64,000 bases of DNA from Adineta vaga. Taxonomy: Eukaryota; Animalia; Rotifera. Where the stretch lies: contig CP075495.1 in the NCBI GenBank assembly GCA_021613535.1, positions 4,030,001-4,094,000 of the forward strand. Direction: 5' to 3'. The notes under the pieces are model-generated. The model saw only the letters and a list, made by a program, of their open reading frames with translations. It was not told the origin of the DNA and searched no databases. The translations under genes were made by a program, and so were the position numbers. Position 1 is the stretch's first letter; each line of letters starts with the position of its first letter. Below, piece by piece: positions 24,860 to 38,536 of this stretch.

Positions 24860-27800
24860 ATGAATCATTCTTCTAACTCTAAAGGTTAATTTTCAATCTT
24901 TTCCTCCTTAATTAACATTTCAATCTGTTTCCATTTCAATTCAGATATTTCATTTCAATTAAACCTTGATTTCACTTTATCTGCTACTACTCAATCGAAC
25001 AATCTCAATCGACATGATAAAAATGACTCTCATTTACAATCGACCGCCCCTGCACATCCTATCGATACTGGAATTACTTATCTTCCTTTACCTGAACCAC
25101 GTTTACAACTTGTTAAACCTCGACAATCAATCGACTACAAATATCAATTAGAACAGGATTTTCGTGTACGTTATCAGAATATAAATGAAAATGAATTAAA
25201 TCAAATCCTATATAATATCGATGCGAATGTTGCTCATCGATATAAAATCAGTTATCAACATTTATGTGAAAGTTTACTTTCTTCAATTCTGAGAATTGTT
25301 GATTTAGATGAAGAGATTCTTCAAGTAAAACATTCAATATTATATCAAAATGAAATTTTACCAACTCTACTTCATAATCATAAATTAGCAAAACGAGAAA
25401 AAAAGATTCTATATAATCTTGCCACGAAAACTTGGCACAAATTTGATCAATGTATACAGAATGAAATCAATGTTCAATATCAATTGAAACAAATTCAAGA
25501 AGAGCACGAAAATTTATTGAATATTAAAATTAAACAAGAACAATATCAAAGATTCTATTTTGAAATACAAGAAATAAACAATGAGATTATTTACCTTCAA
25601 AAAGGTTTGTCTATTTGATCGATGAACAATTCTTCTATTCAATTAAAATAACAAAATTCTTTTCTAGAAATTCAACAATTACATGATTCGAAATGTAAGT
25701 AAAAAACTATTCTTCAAGTTTCGTCGATATTCTTTCCTAGATCAATTAAAAACTGATCTTCATGAAAGTCAAACACGTTGTTCTCATTATTTAATTCAAT
25801 TAAATTTTCTTCAATCTAATCTTATACGATCACATACTATGGAATTGAATCATCTTCAACTCGAACGTGATTCTCTAATAACACAAACCGAATTAATCAA
25901 ATATAATCTTTTCGAACAAATACAACAATATGATTATGTTTTGAAAAATTATCGTGTAAGTTTAGATAGTTTTCGTTCAACATTACATGAACTTGAACAA
26001 CAATTAAAACAACAAACTGATCAAGAATTGAATTATTTACAAATTGTCAATGCATTTCAACGACAAACAATTACAAATGATACTCAACAATTAATATTCA
26101 TCTTCGAAAATAAAATCGATGAAAAGAAATTTTTAAATGTTCAATTAGAAAAAACTATTGAAGATTTTCAAGAGAAAATTTATAAAATCAAACAAAAAAT
26201 AATCAAAAAAGAAAATAATTATCAAACAATGATTTATAATGAAAAACAACTAAATGAAACTATTCATGTAAATTAGAAATCAAATCTCAAATAGATTCTT
26301 AATGGTTTTTTTTTAGATTCATCGAGAAATTTATCTTCAACTTAAAGTTTATTTTGTTTTTTTTTCGATTATTCTAATCTAGTATTTTTTCATCTTCTAG
26401 ATTGAACGTCGATTACTTGAACGTCAATTGACCATCAAATCCAAACAATATTCCAATGATGACCGTCTCAATCATACATTCAGCCAACAATACGATTCAT
26501 TATTAGCACGAAAGAAACTAGAACAAATACGAATGAATACATTCAATGATCAAATTCATCCATTAATTGATGAAAATATTCGTCTAAAAACATCCTTTGA
26601 TCAACTCTATCAACAATATACAGAAATTAATCCAAATCATTTATTTAAATTACGACAAGATATTGTTAATCTTAAAAAAATCCAACAAACATTCATTGAA
26701 CAGAAAATTCAGGATCGACAGATTAAAATGAATTATAAAACACAAGATGAACAATTACAAATAAAAAATAATCGAATAGCTAATCGAATTAACCATATTT
26801 TATATCTTCTCAAAGAAAATAATATCAAATTGAAAGATAATACAGAACATATTCATACATTAGGTAGGTAATGTTCTTATCAGTTCGTTCTTCAATTGTA
26901 TATTTTTGTAGAAAATACACTTACCGAAGAACAAAACTTCTGTTTACAATCGAAATATTTCTTAACTCGAATGAAAAATCGATCGGAATCGTATCGAACT
27001 AAGCAAAATTCAATACAAATGCAAATACAAATAGCATTTAATAATATCAAGTATGTAAATGCAGTAAGATCGTTGACTGAAACTTCTTCATTTTCAATTC
27101 AGAATAGTATTTTATGTTCATTATTTAGACATTCTCAATATAATTTAAAAATATTTACTAATCAATTATCTATTTGTCATAATGATTTAATCGTTCAACA
27201 AACATCTTTAAATAAATTACGTGTTCATTATTCTATTCTGCAAGAACAGGATGAGATGCATTCGAAAAAACTCTTCACTCTTCATGGTCATACAAAGGAT
27301 CTTGAAAAGCAATATAAAATTTCGGTTCATTCTCGTCAAAAACTACAAGATGATGTTTTGAAATACTCGAATAATCGATTCATTTTCGGTCGTATGATTG
27401 TTCGACGAATTGATTTATGTCAATTACTTTATAGAAAATTAGCTCGATATGACGAACATATTCATGAACAAGAAAACTACATTCAGATTATTACGAAACG
27501 TATTAATTCATTAAAAATACAAATTCATCAAATTCGATGTGAAAATAAAAAATCTATTGAAAAACAAGATCGATTTCAACTTGAAGTAAAGTATTTTGGT
27601 TTATCAAGATGCGTAGAATACATTCAAGGAGTTAAATCTAGATTGTTAAAGTTCATATGGAAAAACTACTTGATCAATCATTTGTAAAACAACGAACACT
27701 TACTAAACAAATATTTCAACGACGTTTCTACATTAAACATTCACGTCAGTGTTCATTTGATCGAAATTATAACTTATTCCTCTTTTCTTTAGTCGATCCT

Positions 27801-28130
27801 TTACCACACGAAGATATGACGTATTTGAAGACAAAATTTAACATCCTAAAAACTCGTCTTATTAAGATAATCTGCCATGGAATTCTTTGTAATTTCATTT
27901 TGATGGCAATTCAACGAGAGTATTCACATCATCTAGAATATTATTTCTCTAAAACATATCGAAATAATTGTTCAAATCTCAATTCTTTACGAAGAAATCT
28001 CTCTGAATTAATGCAACAATTAAAAGCTAAAACAGCAGAAAATAACATGTTGATTAATTATCGAGATTGTACTCAAATGATTCATATGGATGTTATTCAA
28101 CAAATCTTACAATTGAATAATAAGCTATGA
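24860..28130 (+). CDS. Large coiled-coil protein, possibly a divergent CFAP58/CCDC146-family member
   Basis: Multi-exon Q/K/E/L heptad-rich ORFs. NRFIFGRMIVRRIDLCQLLYRKL resembles the recalled CFAP58 segment RDILGxQLVRRNDELxLLYEK. Exon structure approximate. Confidence 0.5.
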
Positions 28131-28597
28131 GAAAATTGGCATAGTTTTTCTTTTGATTACCTGTATGAGATTAATATGATGATTACGAAGGATGTATCGC
28201 GTCCCTATCAAAGCAATCTATATTAAAATAAAAATTTATGAATAGAATATCATCCAAACGTTTTTGATAGACTATAGATGACAGCAGTTACGAACGTAAC
28301 AATAGAATTCCCTTGACATCAAGCAAGTTTGATCTTTTGTTTCATGAAAAGAAAATCTAATTATATCTAATGTGCATATCTTATTAATAGCAGTAAATTT
28401 ACCATGTTCATTATTTTATTTGTACTATATTCATCCAATGAAATTTTACAGGAATGAAGGAAAAGTAGACGCATATGTATGTATGTATTATGCCGCTGTC
28501 GGAATATATATTTTGGACGAAAAACAACTGATGTTTCGAATAATTCATTATTCTTCTTTTCTGTTATTCTCTAGTTATCAGCATTTGACCATTACTA

Positions 28598-30267
28598 ATG
28601 GCTTCATCTATTGCTGCTGCAATTGGTAACAATAAACCATCAAAAGAATTATGCCAGTACAAACTTTAATCGTTTTATATTCATTTTAATTTCAAGTACT
28701 TTTTTTGTTTATTTAGATATTTTCTTTCGAATGCATGTCGTTATGGTGATAAATGCTTCTACTCACATGATCGTTCAAATAATCAATCAAATAGGATTTG
28801 TCAATATTATTTAAGAGGCAAATGTATGTACGGTGATCGATGCAGGTAAAGCAAGAATCTTTGTCTTTTATTCTCTATCATAGATATTCTTTTCTTTAGA
28901 TATGATCATGTACGACCGAAACCACCATTGCCTTTTCGTCCTATTGATTCAATACCAGGATCTTATCAACAAGATTTTGTTCGTGATAGACCACAATCTA
29001 CTAATGATACGAATAATGAAGGTAATAAACAACTATGTTAACGATAGAAGTCATAGATAATATTGTTTTTCTCATCATTGACATAATTAATATGTATATA
29101 GTCTTTTTTTACAAGGAAATATAGATGAAATACTTTCATTTGCATTGTCAATTGTATATTTAGTTTATTATCAACCATCGAATTCCAATGAAGAAGAAGA
29201 ACAAGAAGATTCTGCTAATTTTACTCTACAAACATTGTGTCCATATGCTAAAAAAGATGGATTATGTGAAGCATTAGAAACTGGTCGTTTTTGTCCTTAT
29301 CTTCATGGTGATATGTGTGATCTTTGTGAATTATCTGTCTTAGATCCAACAAATGAAAAGCAACGAGAACAACATCGTTTAGTAAGAATATTTCGTTGAC
29401 ATTTGCAAGATTATTTATTCTATTGAATAATAAAAAAAACATAGGAATGCTCGAAAAAACACGAAGCAAATTGTGAAGAAGCGTTGGCTATGCAACGTAG
29501 TCAAGATAAAAAATGTGGTATCTGTCTTGAAAAAGTATGGGATCGTGAAGGCGATAAACGATTTGGTTTATTAGAAAATTGTGATCATATATTTTGTTTG
29601 GAATGTATAAGAAAATGGCGATCATCATCAAATTATGAACATAAAGTTGTGAAAGCTTGGTGAGAAAAGTTGAATGAATTAGAAAATCTCTTTACATTTG
29701 TATATTTCAGTCCTGAGTGTCGAACAAAATCTGATTTTGTTACTCCAACAAAATATTGGCCGGAAAATGATCAAGCTAAAAACGCTTCCATTCAAGCTTA
29801 TAAAGAAAATCTACAGTAAATAAGACAAGGATGAAAAAACAATGAATCGTATTGTTTTCTTTAGGAAAATTCATTGTAAATTGTTTAAACGTGGAGATGG
29901 TGTATGTCCATTTGGTTCAAAATGTTTCTATTTACATGTTGATAAACGTGGACGATATGTTCAATTAGCACCACCACGTCGTCGACGACGATCGAATACT
30001 CAACTAGAGTTTGAAAATTTGGCGGATATATTCATGGTTTCAATTCTTTCGACAGTTGATGTTGGAAGATTTTTTGATGAGTATATATCTACAAAATGAA
30101 TTTTTGCCATATATTTCTGATATTTTCTCTTTAGATTAGATTATCTATTTAATGACGATGATGATATGGAATCATATGGATCATATTTAACTGATGAAGA
30201 TGAATTTCGTCTTGTTGAAGGACATGATTTAACTGATAATGAAGAAGATTTTCGAATATGGCATTGA
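28598..30267 (+). CDS. MKRN: Makorin-family C3H zinc finger/RING E3 ligase
   Basis: C3H fingers (CRYGDKCFYSH, CMYGDRCRYDH), makorin Cys-His motif (HGDMCDLC..LDP..H..C), RING CGICLE..RFGLLENCDHIFCLECIRKWR..CPECR, terminal CPFGSKCFYLH. Confidence 0.92.
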
Positions 30268-31383
30268 ATAACAAATCTCTCAGAAATCAATTTGAATAGA
30301 TGTATATTAAGATAATTTGAATAACAGTATAAAACTACAGATCTTCTCTTCTTTTGTATATATACATATTATATAAAAAAAAACTTCTTATTGTATGAAT
30401 TTCTGGTGATGTTTTTCTTTTGTTAATCTTATATAGAAAGTATAATAAATATGAATATATTCTCTTATTTCTTTTTTTAGTTTGAAATAACTTATAAAAT
30501 ATTAATTTCTCTCTTTTAATCTCACATCAATAGAAATTAATGACAGAAATGTATGCTTTTTATAGCATCGCATGTATTCGTCATTGATATCTGTGATTAA
30601 AAAGTACATTTATCTAATTCAATCACGCCTACTTTGTTCTTATTTTCGATGTCGAAATATCACAATATTCATCTATGATAAAATAGTTTCTACTTAAATA
30701 CCGTTCATCTCTTCTTTATCTTTTATTGCTATATACTGATCAGTGTATAATTCGATTTGCCTTCTTAGAAAAAGAATCTGGATTCTTGTTCAATGAACGT
30801 ACCATATCAACATGCTTTTGAACAGGTCAAGCGTACTCATTCGATAATGAAATAATTTTAGATACATCTCGTTCTTAAAGTATGTTATACCTACCTTTAC
30901 GAGTACTCCCCTTTTTTCTATTATTTGACACAAAGTAAATGGAAAAAAAATTGATATTATCTTAATATCAATATTTTTGTCATTTGATAGTATTCTTTTA
31001 AAATCGAGATAGTATCCAATTACACTACTCTTCGATGAAACGAAGTAATCTTTTTTCCCTAATTGGCAAAAAAGAGTCTATATTTGTTTTTATAGACCAA
31101 TGATTGTCAAGGCTAGGGGATTCTAATGGATAAGAGCAGTAGGTCAATTAATTATGTACCAAAACGAAATGAAATTTACAACCTGATAGTTCGAATGTAT
31201 GAATTATTTTCGATTCACTTTGCTATATTAATATTTAATTTCTTCAATTTCACAAATATTTTTTTCTATATCATATTACATACTTATTTGTCAATAAACC
31301 TAACCCTTGCCTTACCCATCCCTATATAATAATCAATTCAATTCCGAATTATTTCATACTAATCAAAGTGACAACTTAATAGA

Positions 31384-32698
31384 ATGTGGACAATATTTTG
31401 TGCTGCTCTTCTTATTGCTTCAATGGCTGAAGCTAAACCTCGAACAGATGTAACTGTCTCAGGTATATCTGCCGGTGGTTCAATGGCATCTCAACTACAT
31501 CTTGCTTTCTCATCGGAAATTAGTGGTTGCGGTATTGTTGCTGGTCCTCCATATTATTGTGCACAAGGTAGTATGATGACAGCAATTGGTGCATGTATGA
31601 GAGGTCCAGCTACTTCGGTCTCTGTCAGTAACATTCAGAATAAATTGAAATCGTACGTTACATCGGGTAGTGCTGATTCAACAGCTAATGTCAAAGATGA
31701 TCCCGTTTACATTTTTACTGGTAAAAATGATGGAACTGTTATTCCTGGTGTTGCAAAAATTAGCGAACAATTATATTCACCATTGGGTGCCAATATTAAA
31801 ACGAACTACAATTTACCAGCTAATCATGGTTTTCCAACAGAAAATTTTGGTGGAAAATGTGAAGTTCTTTCATCAGCTAACTATATTAACAATTGGTAAG
31901 TATATCCTTAAGAAAATCAACAATTTTAATTATCGTTTCTTTCTTCTTTTCAATAGTAATTTCAATTTGGCTTATGATATGTTAAATCATTTGTTTGATG
32001 GTAATCTTGTTAAACCACCAAGTGGCACAGCTGTTCCACTCTCTGGACAATTCATCGCTTTTGATCAAGCAGCATTTATGAATCCAAAAAATGTTGCTAG
32101 ATCTGATTCTCGAGCTACAGATATTTTGTCATTATGGTCAAATTGGATGCAAACAACAATGGCATTGTACAATCCATTGACTTATTTACCTTCATTGAAT
32201 CTACCAACATTAACATTACCAGGTATGACTCTTCCTGGTTCAACTGGTGGTGTTACTGGAGCATCATCATCAAATGCTGGATATGGTTTTGATTCACAAG
32301 GTTATGTTTATTTTCCATCAGCTTGTTCGCAAGGAAAGAAATGTCCCATTCACGTTGCTCTTCACGGATGTAAACAAGGTAAAAATGATTTGTTTGCTTC
32401 TTTCTTTAACAAACTTATCTGTTGTTTCTTTGATTTTATCCATTTAGGTAAATCATTCATTGGTGATGTCTTTGCTAAGAAAACCGGTTATTTGGAAGTC
32501 GCTGAACTTAATGATATCATTGTTTTATTTCCACAAGTTCTTCAATCATCACTAAATCCACAAAATCCCAACGGTTGTTTCGATTGGTGGGGTTATGGTT
32601 CCACTAATTATGCTAATAAATTAGGTCCACAAATGGTTGGTATCAAGAAAATGGTCGATACTGTTCGAGGTATCAATACTGCTTCAGCTGCTAAATAA
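31384..32698 (+). CDS. Secreted poly(3-hydroxybutyrate) depolymerase-like serine esterase
   Basis: Signal peptide, [11 protein letters not shown] nucleophile elbow, [13 protein letters not shown] (Asp), NHGFP (His), [17 protein letters not shown]. Introns 31896-31956 and 32379-32447. Confidence 0.85.
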
Positions 32699-32837
32699 TT
32701 GTTTTTCAATTTTTGTTTTGACAGTAAAAAATAAACCATCGTATATATTGATATAAACATGCACATAATATTCTAATCTACTATATTTATTTTTTTGTAT
32801 AAAGTATCAATCAATATGGTAGAAAACGAAAGTCGAA

Positions 32838-32926
32838 TCCCACGAACCGGAGTCGAACCAGTGACCTAAAGATTACAGTTATTTCTCATCTACAGTCTTC
32901 CGCTCTACCAAATGAGCTATCGCGGG
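32838..32926 (-). tRNA. tRNA-Tyr (GTA) with ~16-nt intron
   Basis: CCCGCGATAGCTCATTTGGTAGAGCGGAAGACT-GTA-G[ATGAGAAATAACTGTA]ATCTTTAGGTCACTGGTTCGACTCCGGTTCGTGGGA; 89 nt = 73 + 16. Confidence 0.93.
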
Positions 32927-33354
32927 TTCAGTGAATTTGTTCATGAGAACGAAAAACTCAATCGACTGTTGATCATCAATGTAATAAGAAAAGTTGTTGT
33001 TTTTTTTTCGCTGCTAAACTCTATCGTTAATATGCTACGTCATAGTGACTCATGAAAATATTTTATGAGTATAGTTTTAGCTTATTATCAATTCATATAT
33101 TAGATAAGGATCAACCTGTTCTTTTTCTATTTTTGATTAAATAAACATGATTGACAAATAGGTAGAAATATAATTAAAATCTTGGGATCACTGGTACGCC
33201 ACTGTCAATGGTAATAAGGATATAAAAAAATATTGTCAACGTCATTAGTTTTATGATATACTTCACTTCTCATAATGCACATATAAATTATAATCTTTAT
33301 CTCATTTACTATTTTGTTTTGTCTGCGATGACATTGAGATAAATAAAATAGAAG

Positions 33355-34636
33355 ATGTCATTGAATAATCTAACGAATTTCTCTTGTACAAATGATGATA
33401 TTCATTTCGTTTTAAATTTTGGAATAATTATTGGTGGATGGTCATCTATGATTACATGTATCTTAGGTTTATTAGCAAATACATTTTCCATTATTATTCT
33501 TGTTCAAGAACGAATGAGAACATTATCAACAAATATATATTTAATTGCATTAGCTATTGTGAATTTTCTTTGGCTTATTTTATTTTTTATATTCTATGCA
33601 CTTCGATTAACTCTTATTCTTCCATTATTTATTTCTTCAAATAATGAAGATACTTATAGTACCTATAATCAAATATTTCATCGGTAAGATTTATCAATAT
33701 ATATTATTGATTAATTTCTTTATATCTATTTCTAGGTTATCACCATATATCGTTCCTTTAATGAATACTTTACAATTATGTATTATTTATTATACAGTTG
33801 CAGTATCCGTTGATCGTTATTTATATATTTCTACGGGTTTAAATCCAAGTCAATATTGTACTGTACGAAATGCTTTACGAATTATTTTTTTCTTAACAAT
33901 CTTTGCAATTGTTTTCACTTTACCACATTGGTTTAAATTTCGTGTTTTGACATATATTGATGATAAAAATCGAACACATTATCAAATAACATGTAAGTTT
34001 ATACCTATATCTATCAAGAATTTCTTGTAGAATCATCTTTTCTTTTCTTCTAATTTAGATACGACTCTTGCTCAAGAAAAAATCTTTCAAAAATTAATAA
34101 ATATTTATATTTATGTTCCCATTGTTCATGTTATTCCATTGATAACATTGAGCATAATCAATATGTTAACTGTTCGTCGTTTAATTCAATATCATGATGA
34201 ACATCGTCGTTTATTATCAAAATCTATTCGACAAATGACATTAATTCGAACAAAAGTTATCTATTCACGACGACATTATCATGTTTCAATTATGCTTATT
34301 GCTGTTGTACTTTTATTTCTTCTATGTCGTTTTCCAATGCTTATAACTAATCTTTATGAAGTTCAACATTCTATAATTGATGATAAATTAACGAAAGATA
34401 ATCTCTATTTTCAATGTCGAATACAATTAACATTTAATACATTTGCAAATTTTATGCAAACAATTAATTCAAATGGAAATCTAATTATTTATTTACTTTG
34501 TTGTCACAATTTTCGTGAAACAACTAGAGAAGTCTTTGATAAATTAGTTAATTTATTTCGATTTCATTCCACTGAAAATCTATTATCAATGATGCATATA
34601 CGTTCAAGAACAAGTACACGTTCAACAGTTATGTAA
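33355..34636 (+). CDS. Class A (rhodopsin-like) GPCR, FMRFamide/peptide-receptor-like
   Basis: GLLAN (TM1), STNIYLIALA (TM2), VAVSVDRY (TM3), FLLCRFP (TM6), INSNGNLIIY (TM7). Three exons. Confidence 0.85.
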
Positions 34637-36483
34637 AAACCAATTTCCACGATGAAGACATAGTTTTAATACTGGTAAAATGAAAATCAATTCTATTAAA
34701 TGTTTAATGTTGTTTGTTAATCATATAGTGAATGAATAAATCTATGTTTACTTACTTAAGAATATTTTATTTAGTTTTTCATGAAGGAAAATTTTCTATT
34801 TCATCATTAGATTCTTCATGTGAACACATAAATTATATATATTGATATTACATGTCGATGGATATTTTGAATTTTATCAAAATAAATTTACATAGAAAAT
34901 AATTAGTGTTAATTAAGTCATTGTTACAATTATTTCTTCACTCTATGTAACAAACGAAAAGAATTTATAAATAGCGGATTTTTTTACATAAAATATGAGA
35001 AATATAGAATTTGAAAACACTTGAAACCGTTTTTTTTGTGAATACTTCTGATTACATGAAGCAACTTTTCTTGACACCTTGTCAGTTGTAATATTTTATT
35101 ATATATTTCATTTCTTGACAGATGCTTTTTACTTACATGGAACATTATATTAAACTATACCCAAGCAGACAAGAATTGCCAAAAATGCGTGTTCACGCTC
35201 AAAAGGAGCGATTTTTAAGTGATTACACGGATGTAGAGAAAAACGGTCGTGTAAACACCAATAGTTCAAGTTTTTTGACGAACAAACGCAAACAATTGTA
35301 GTCTCCATCATTTTTTACTGCGCAGACACATATAAAACTCATTTTTAAGGTGAGTACACGTTGATTTTTTTCAATTTGCGTGTTTTAAGTAGAAATTTGT
35401 TATCATTAGGTATTTTTACATCACATTTCTGTTGAAAAACTAACGATATTTAATAATTGACGTGGATTCATGAACTAGTTACAATTTTGAAGCGTTTAGA
35501 CGCAGAACATATTTCTTCATTTTATTATTTGAAAAACTCTGCTGTGATAATTGTGAAAATCGATCCAACAACGGATATTCCTTAAGAGAATTTTTATTGT
35601 TATTTTCACTCAATATTTTTCAGCGTTTTAACGGATATAAAATTATATCACGATTATTCTTATCCTATTAGACGCACAATGTCCGAAAGTTTTTGCAGTT
35701 TGAATGCTTTTAATTATGAAACATATTGTTGAGGGTGAAGCTGAGTGAGGGCATGCCTGAAGGTGTTTTCTTTCTTTACTCTCACCCTCAGTTTACAAAA
35801 CATTTACATGATCTATCAAACTAACAGTAGTTTCACGAAACGAGTGCTGAATTTTTTCTAAATTTACGAAACTAATAGGAATTTTGTATTTTACGTACCG
35901 AACTATGTGTAGTTTCATACAATCACAACGGAACTAGTATCGAACTTAACAATTTTAGAAGATTTTCTGTAATAAATATGAATGCGTACACTATTGTATG
36001 ACACAATATTCATTATTTTGTCAGTGCTTACATTAATTCAATTCACTCTCATCCTATCTATAACGGTGATTGTTATCCATTAGAATTCTTCTTATAATTA
36101 TCGATCACTATTAATCAAAGCAGCTCATATCAACGTGACAAAAGCGTGAGAAAGACATCGACTATGACTTTTCACCAAGACCGACTATATTGATTAGTCT
36201 ACAAGTAAGATTACCTTCTGAACTACTGACTATCACTAATGAGGACCAATATCTGGTAGTTGATCAGTAGAGAATGAGTCATTCTTATTCAACTAATATC
36301 TAGTTATCAGGATCATCCGTACGTTGATAATTCCAAATCGTAGTATCATCTGTGATGTTGCTAGTTATGAAAATGCGTTTATGTGAGAATTATACAGTGC
36401 TGACCAAAATTATAGGAATTGGCTATGTCCACCCAGGTGTACATAGTCAAGTGGCTATGCACATCCGGATACACATAGCCACA

Positions 36484-37394
36484 TGACTATATGCACCCAG
36501 CTACATATAATAGACTGGTCAGCATAAATCAAGCATTATAATAAAATTAGTATAGAAAAATCAACTTAACTTAAATAAGGAACAACTATTTTGCAAAAAT
36601 TTCTAGTATAATCTGTCCAAAAAGTTCGTTTGTGTGAATGTTTTGTTTTATAAATAATTCGAGAACGCAAACAACTAGAGATCTGCAGGTTTCATCAAAT
36701 GAAAGAGAGGGACTTATGATATCTTTTTCTATGATATTTTGTAAGATAAAGTTCTTCTGAAATTCATCGTCGCCGAAAAACATGAAAAAAAGAATGCATC
36801 TAAGTGACTGGTAATCGACATGAAGTTTCAATTATAGTCTTTGATTTAGAAGACAGATTTGAAATCTATGATTCAGGATACAATACAAATGGTTATCTTA
36901 TTGCGACGTAACGTTGACCCAATAAAATCGCGTATGTGGATACACAAATAATAGGATTTTGGACTGATATTTCATCACATTTTCACATTTTTATCGTAAC
37001 AAGTAAATATTGCAATGAAAATGTTGTGAAAGGTGAGAAAGCGCATTATATCCTGAATCATAGATTACAAGTCCCTTAGGTACATTCTTTTTTCATGTTT
37101 TTCGGCGACGATGAATTTCAGAAGAACTTTATCTTACAAAATATCATAGAAAAAGATATCATAAGTCCCTCTCTTTCATTTGATGAAACCTGCGGATCTC
37201 TAGTTGTTTGCGTTCTCGAATTATTTATAAAACAAAACATTCACACAAACGAACTTTTTGGACAGATTATACTAGAAATTTTTGCAAAATAGTTGTTCCT
37301 TATTTAAATTAAGTTGATTTTTCTATACTAATTTTATTATAATGCTTGATTTATGCTGACCAGTCTATTATATGTCGCTGGGTGCATATAGCCA
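36484..37394. repeat. Long inverted repeat (~330-bp arms, ~250-bp spacer)
   Basis: 36484-36816 is the near-identical reverse complement of ~37063-37394. This also produces the mirror ORFs 36586-36831(-) and 37095-37292(+). Confidence 0.9.
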
Positions 37395-37397
37395 CTT

Positions 37398-37599
37398 CCA
37401 AAATTATAAGAACAAATTTTTTTCAAATTGTTTGCGTGTTCTCGTCTCCTCTTTCCCTGCTTAGATTGATTTATAGATCAGTATATATACATTCAAGTAC
37501 TTGAATGTATATATACTGATCTATAAATCAATCTAAGCAGGGAAAGAGGAGACGAGAACACGCAAACAATTTGAAAAAAATTTGTTCTTATAATTTTGG
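37398..37599. repeat. Perfect 202-bp palindrome without spacer
   Basis: Centre ...TTCAAGT|ACTTGAA... between 37498 and 37499; arms match out to 37398/37599. Confidence 0.93.
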
Positions 37600-37622
37600 T
37601 CACCACTATAGATTTCAGTAAA

Positions 37623-38045
37623 ATCAGATAAGACTATACAGCAGTGGATCTAATGAGTTCTTCTTTCGAATGTTACCTTTATGTTCGTATAATTGTAATC
37701 GAATACTAACCAAAATTTCCATGTAACTATCAAATTGATTTTAAATTTTATTCATGAATGTCAAATATGTTTATAAAAAACTAGAACAGTGCAAGTCCTC
37801 GTAAGTTTTCCTTTGGAATTTTTAATCCTTCCATTTTACTTTTATTTTATAGTGTCATGGATAAAAAGTGACAGGATTAGAGAAGCCGAAGCAAAATTTA
37901 TTAATACTTGCATCCTTGTAGTTTTTCATAAACATATTTGACAGTTGAATGGAGAGTCTTGCTAATATTCGACCGCAATCCTATTAATATAAAGGTAACG
38001 TTCAAAACAAGAACTAATCCAATAAACTAGTGTAGTCTTTCTGAT
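37623..38045. mobile_element. Degenerate MITE/foldback relic
   Basis: ATCAGATAAGACTATAC..GTTCTT..GTTACCTTTAT and TGTCAAATATGTTTAT..AAAACTA have diverged reverse complements at ~37990-38045 and ~37905-37942. Confidence 0.55.
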
Positions 38046-38429
38046 ATACAGAGACCAAACTTGAAAAGAATTTGTTACCTACAAAACCCTCATCGATTAG
38101 ACATTGCCAGAAGGAGCTACAGTTTGTATGTATGTAAACATTGGTACGAAATCTTTTGCATATTCTCCTTGAAAAAGTTTGATGCTGAATCTTTTAGATG
38201 AAAACTGTTTTATCTTTTTTTTTACTTTGGTAGTGAACCATACGTGCGAAACCTTTGAGACTTTTGCGCTAATACTTCCGTACGAAACCTTATATCAGAA
38301 GCTTTTCCCTCATTGATCAAGAAATAGTTTCAAGCAAAACCATCTTCTTGCAAACGAAATTTAACTCTAGGAAAATCGTTGAATGTTTTCAAGGAGAGCA
38401 TATGAGAAATATATGTTGACAGACATTTC

Positions 38430-38536
38430 TAGGAGTGGCACTTTAAATTTATTTTACTTCAGAAAAGTAAAGTGAATTAAAGTATAGAGGCAAATTTACT
38501 CTTGTCAGGTAAAGTAAATATAAAGTGCCACCTCTA
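38430..38536. mobile_element. 107-bp hAT-type MITE
   Basis: TIRs TAGGAGTGGCACTTTA / TAAAGTGCCACCTCTA flanked by an exact 8-bp TSD GACATTTC (38422-38429, 38537-38544). Confidence 0.8.

Larger units (their letters stand above)
36395..37608. mobile_element. Non-autonomous Tc1/mariner-type element with internal foldback structure
   Basis: TA|CAGTGCTGACCAAAATTATAGGAA ... TTCTTATAATTTTGGTCACCACTA|TA: 24-bp imperfect TIRs beginning CAGTG, flanked by TA. No transposase ORF. Confidence 0.75.

Noticed and set aside
35160-35500. CCCAAGCAGACA, a DNA-transposon-like terminus
   Set aside because: No matching inverted end or TSD found in the window.
36420-36510. ~31-bp palindromic repeats resembling a CRISPR array
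   Set aside because: Only three degenerate abutting units, no unique spacers, no cas genes, eukaryotic context; treated as transposon subterminal repeats.
36586-37292. Two near-identical ORFs (MFFGDDEFQKNF..) on opposite strands
   Set aside because: They are the two arms of the inverted repeat; no recognisable domain or transposase motif.
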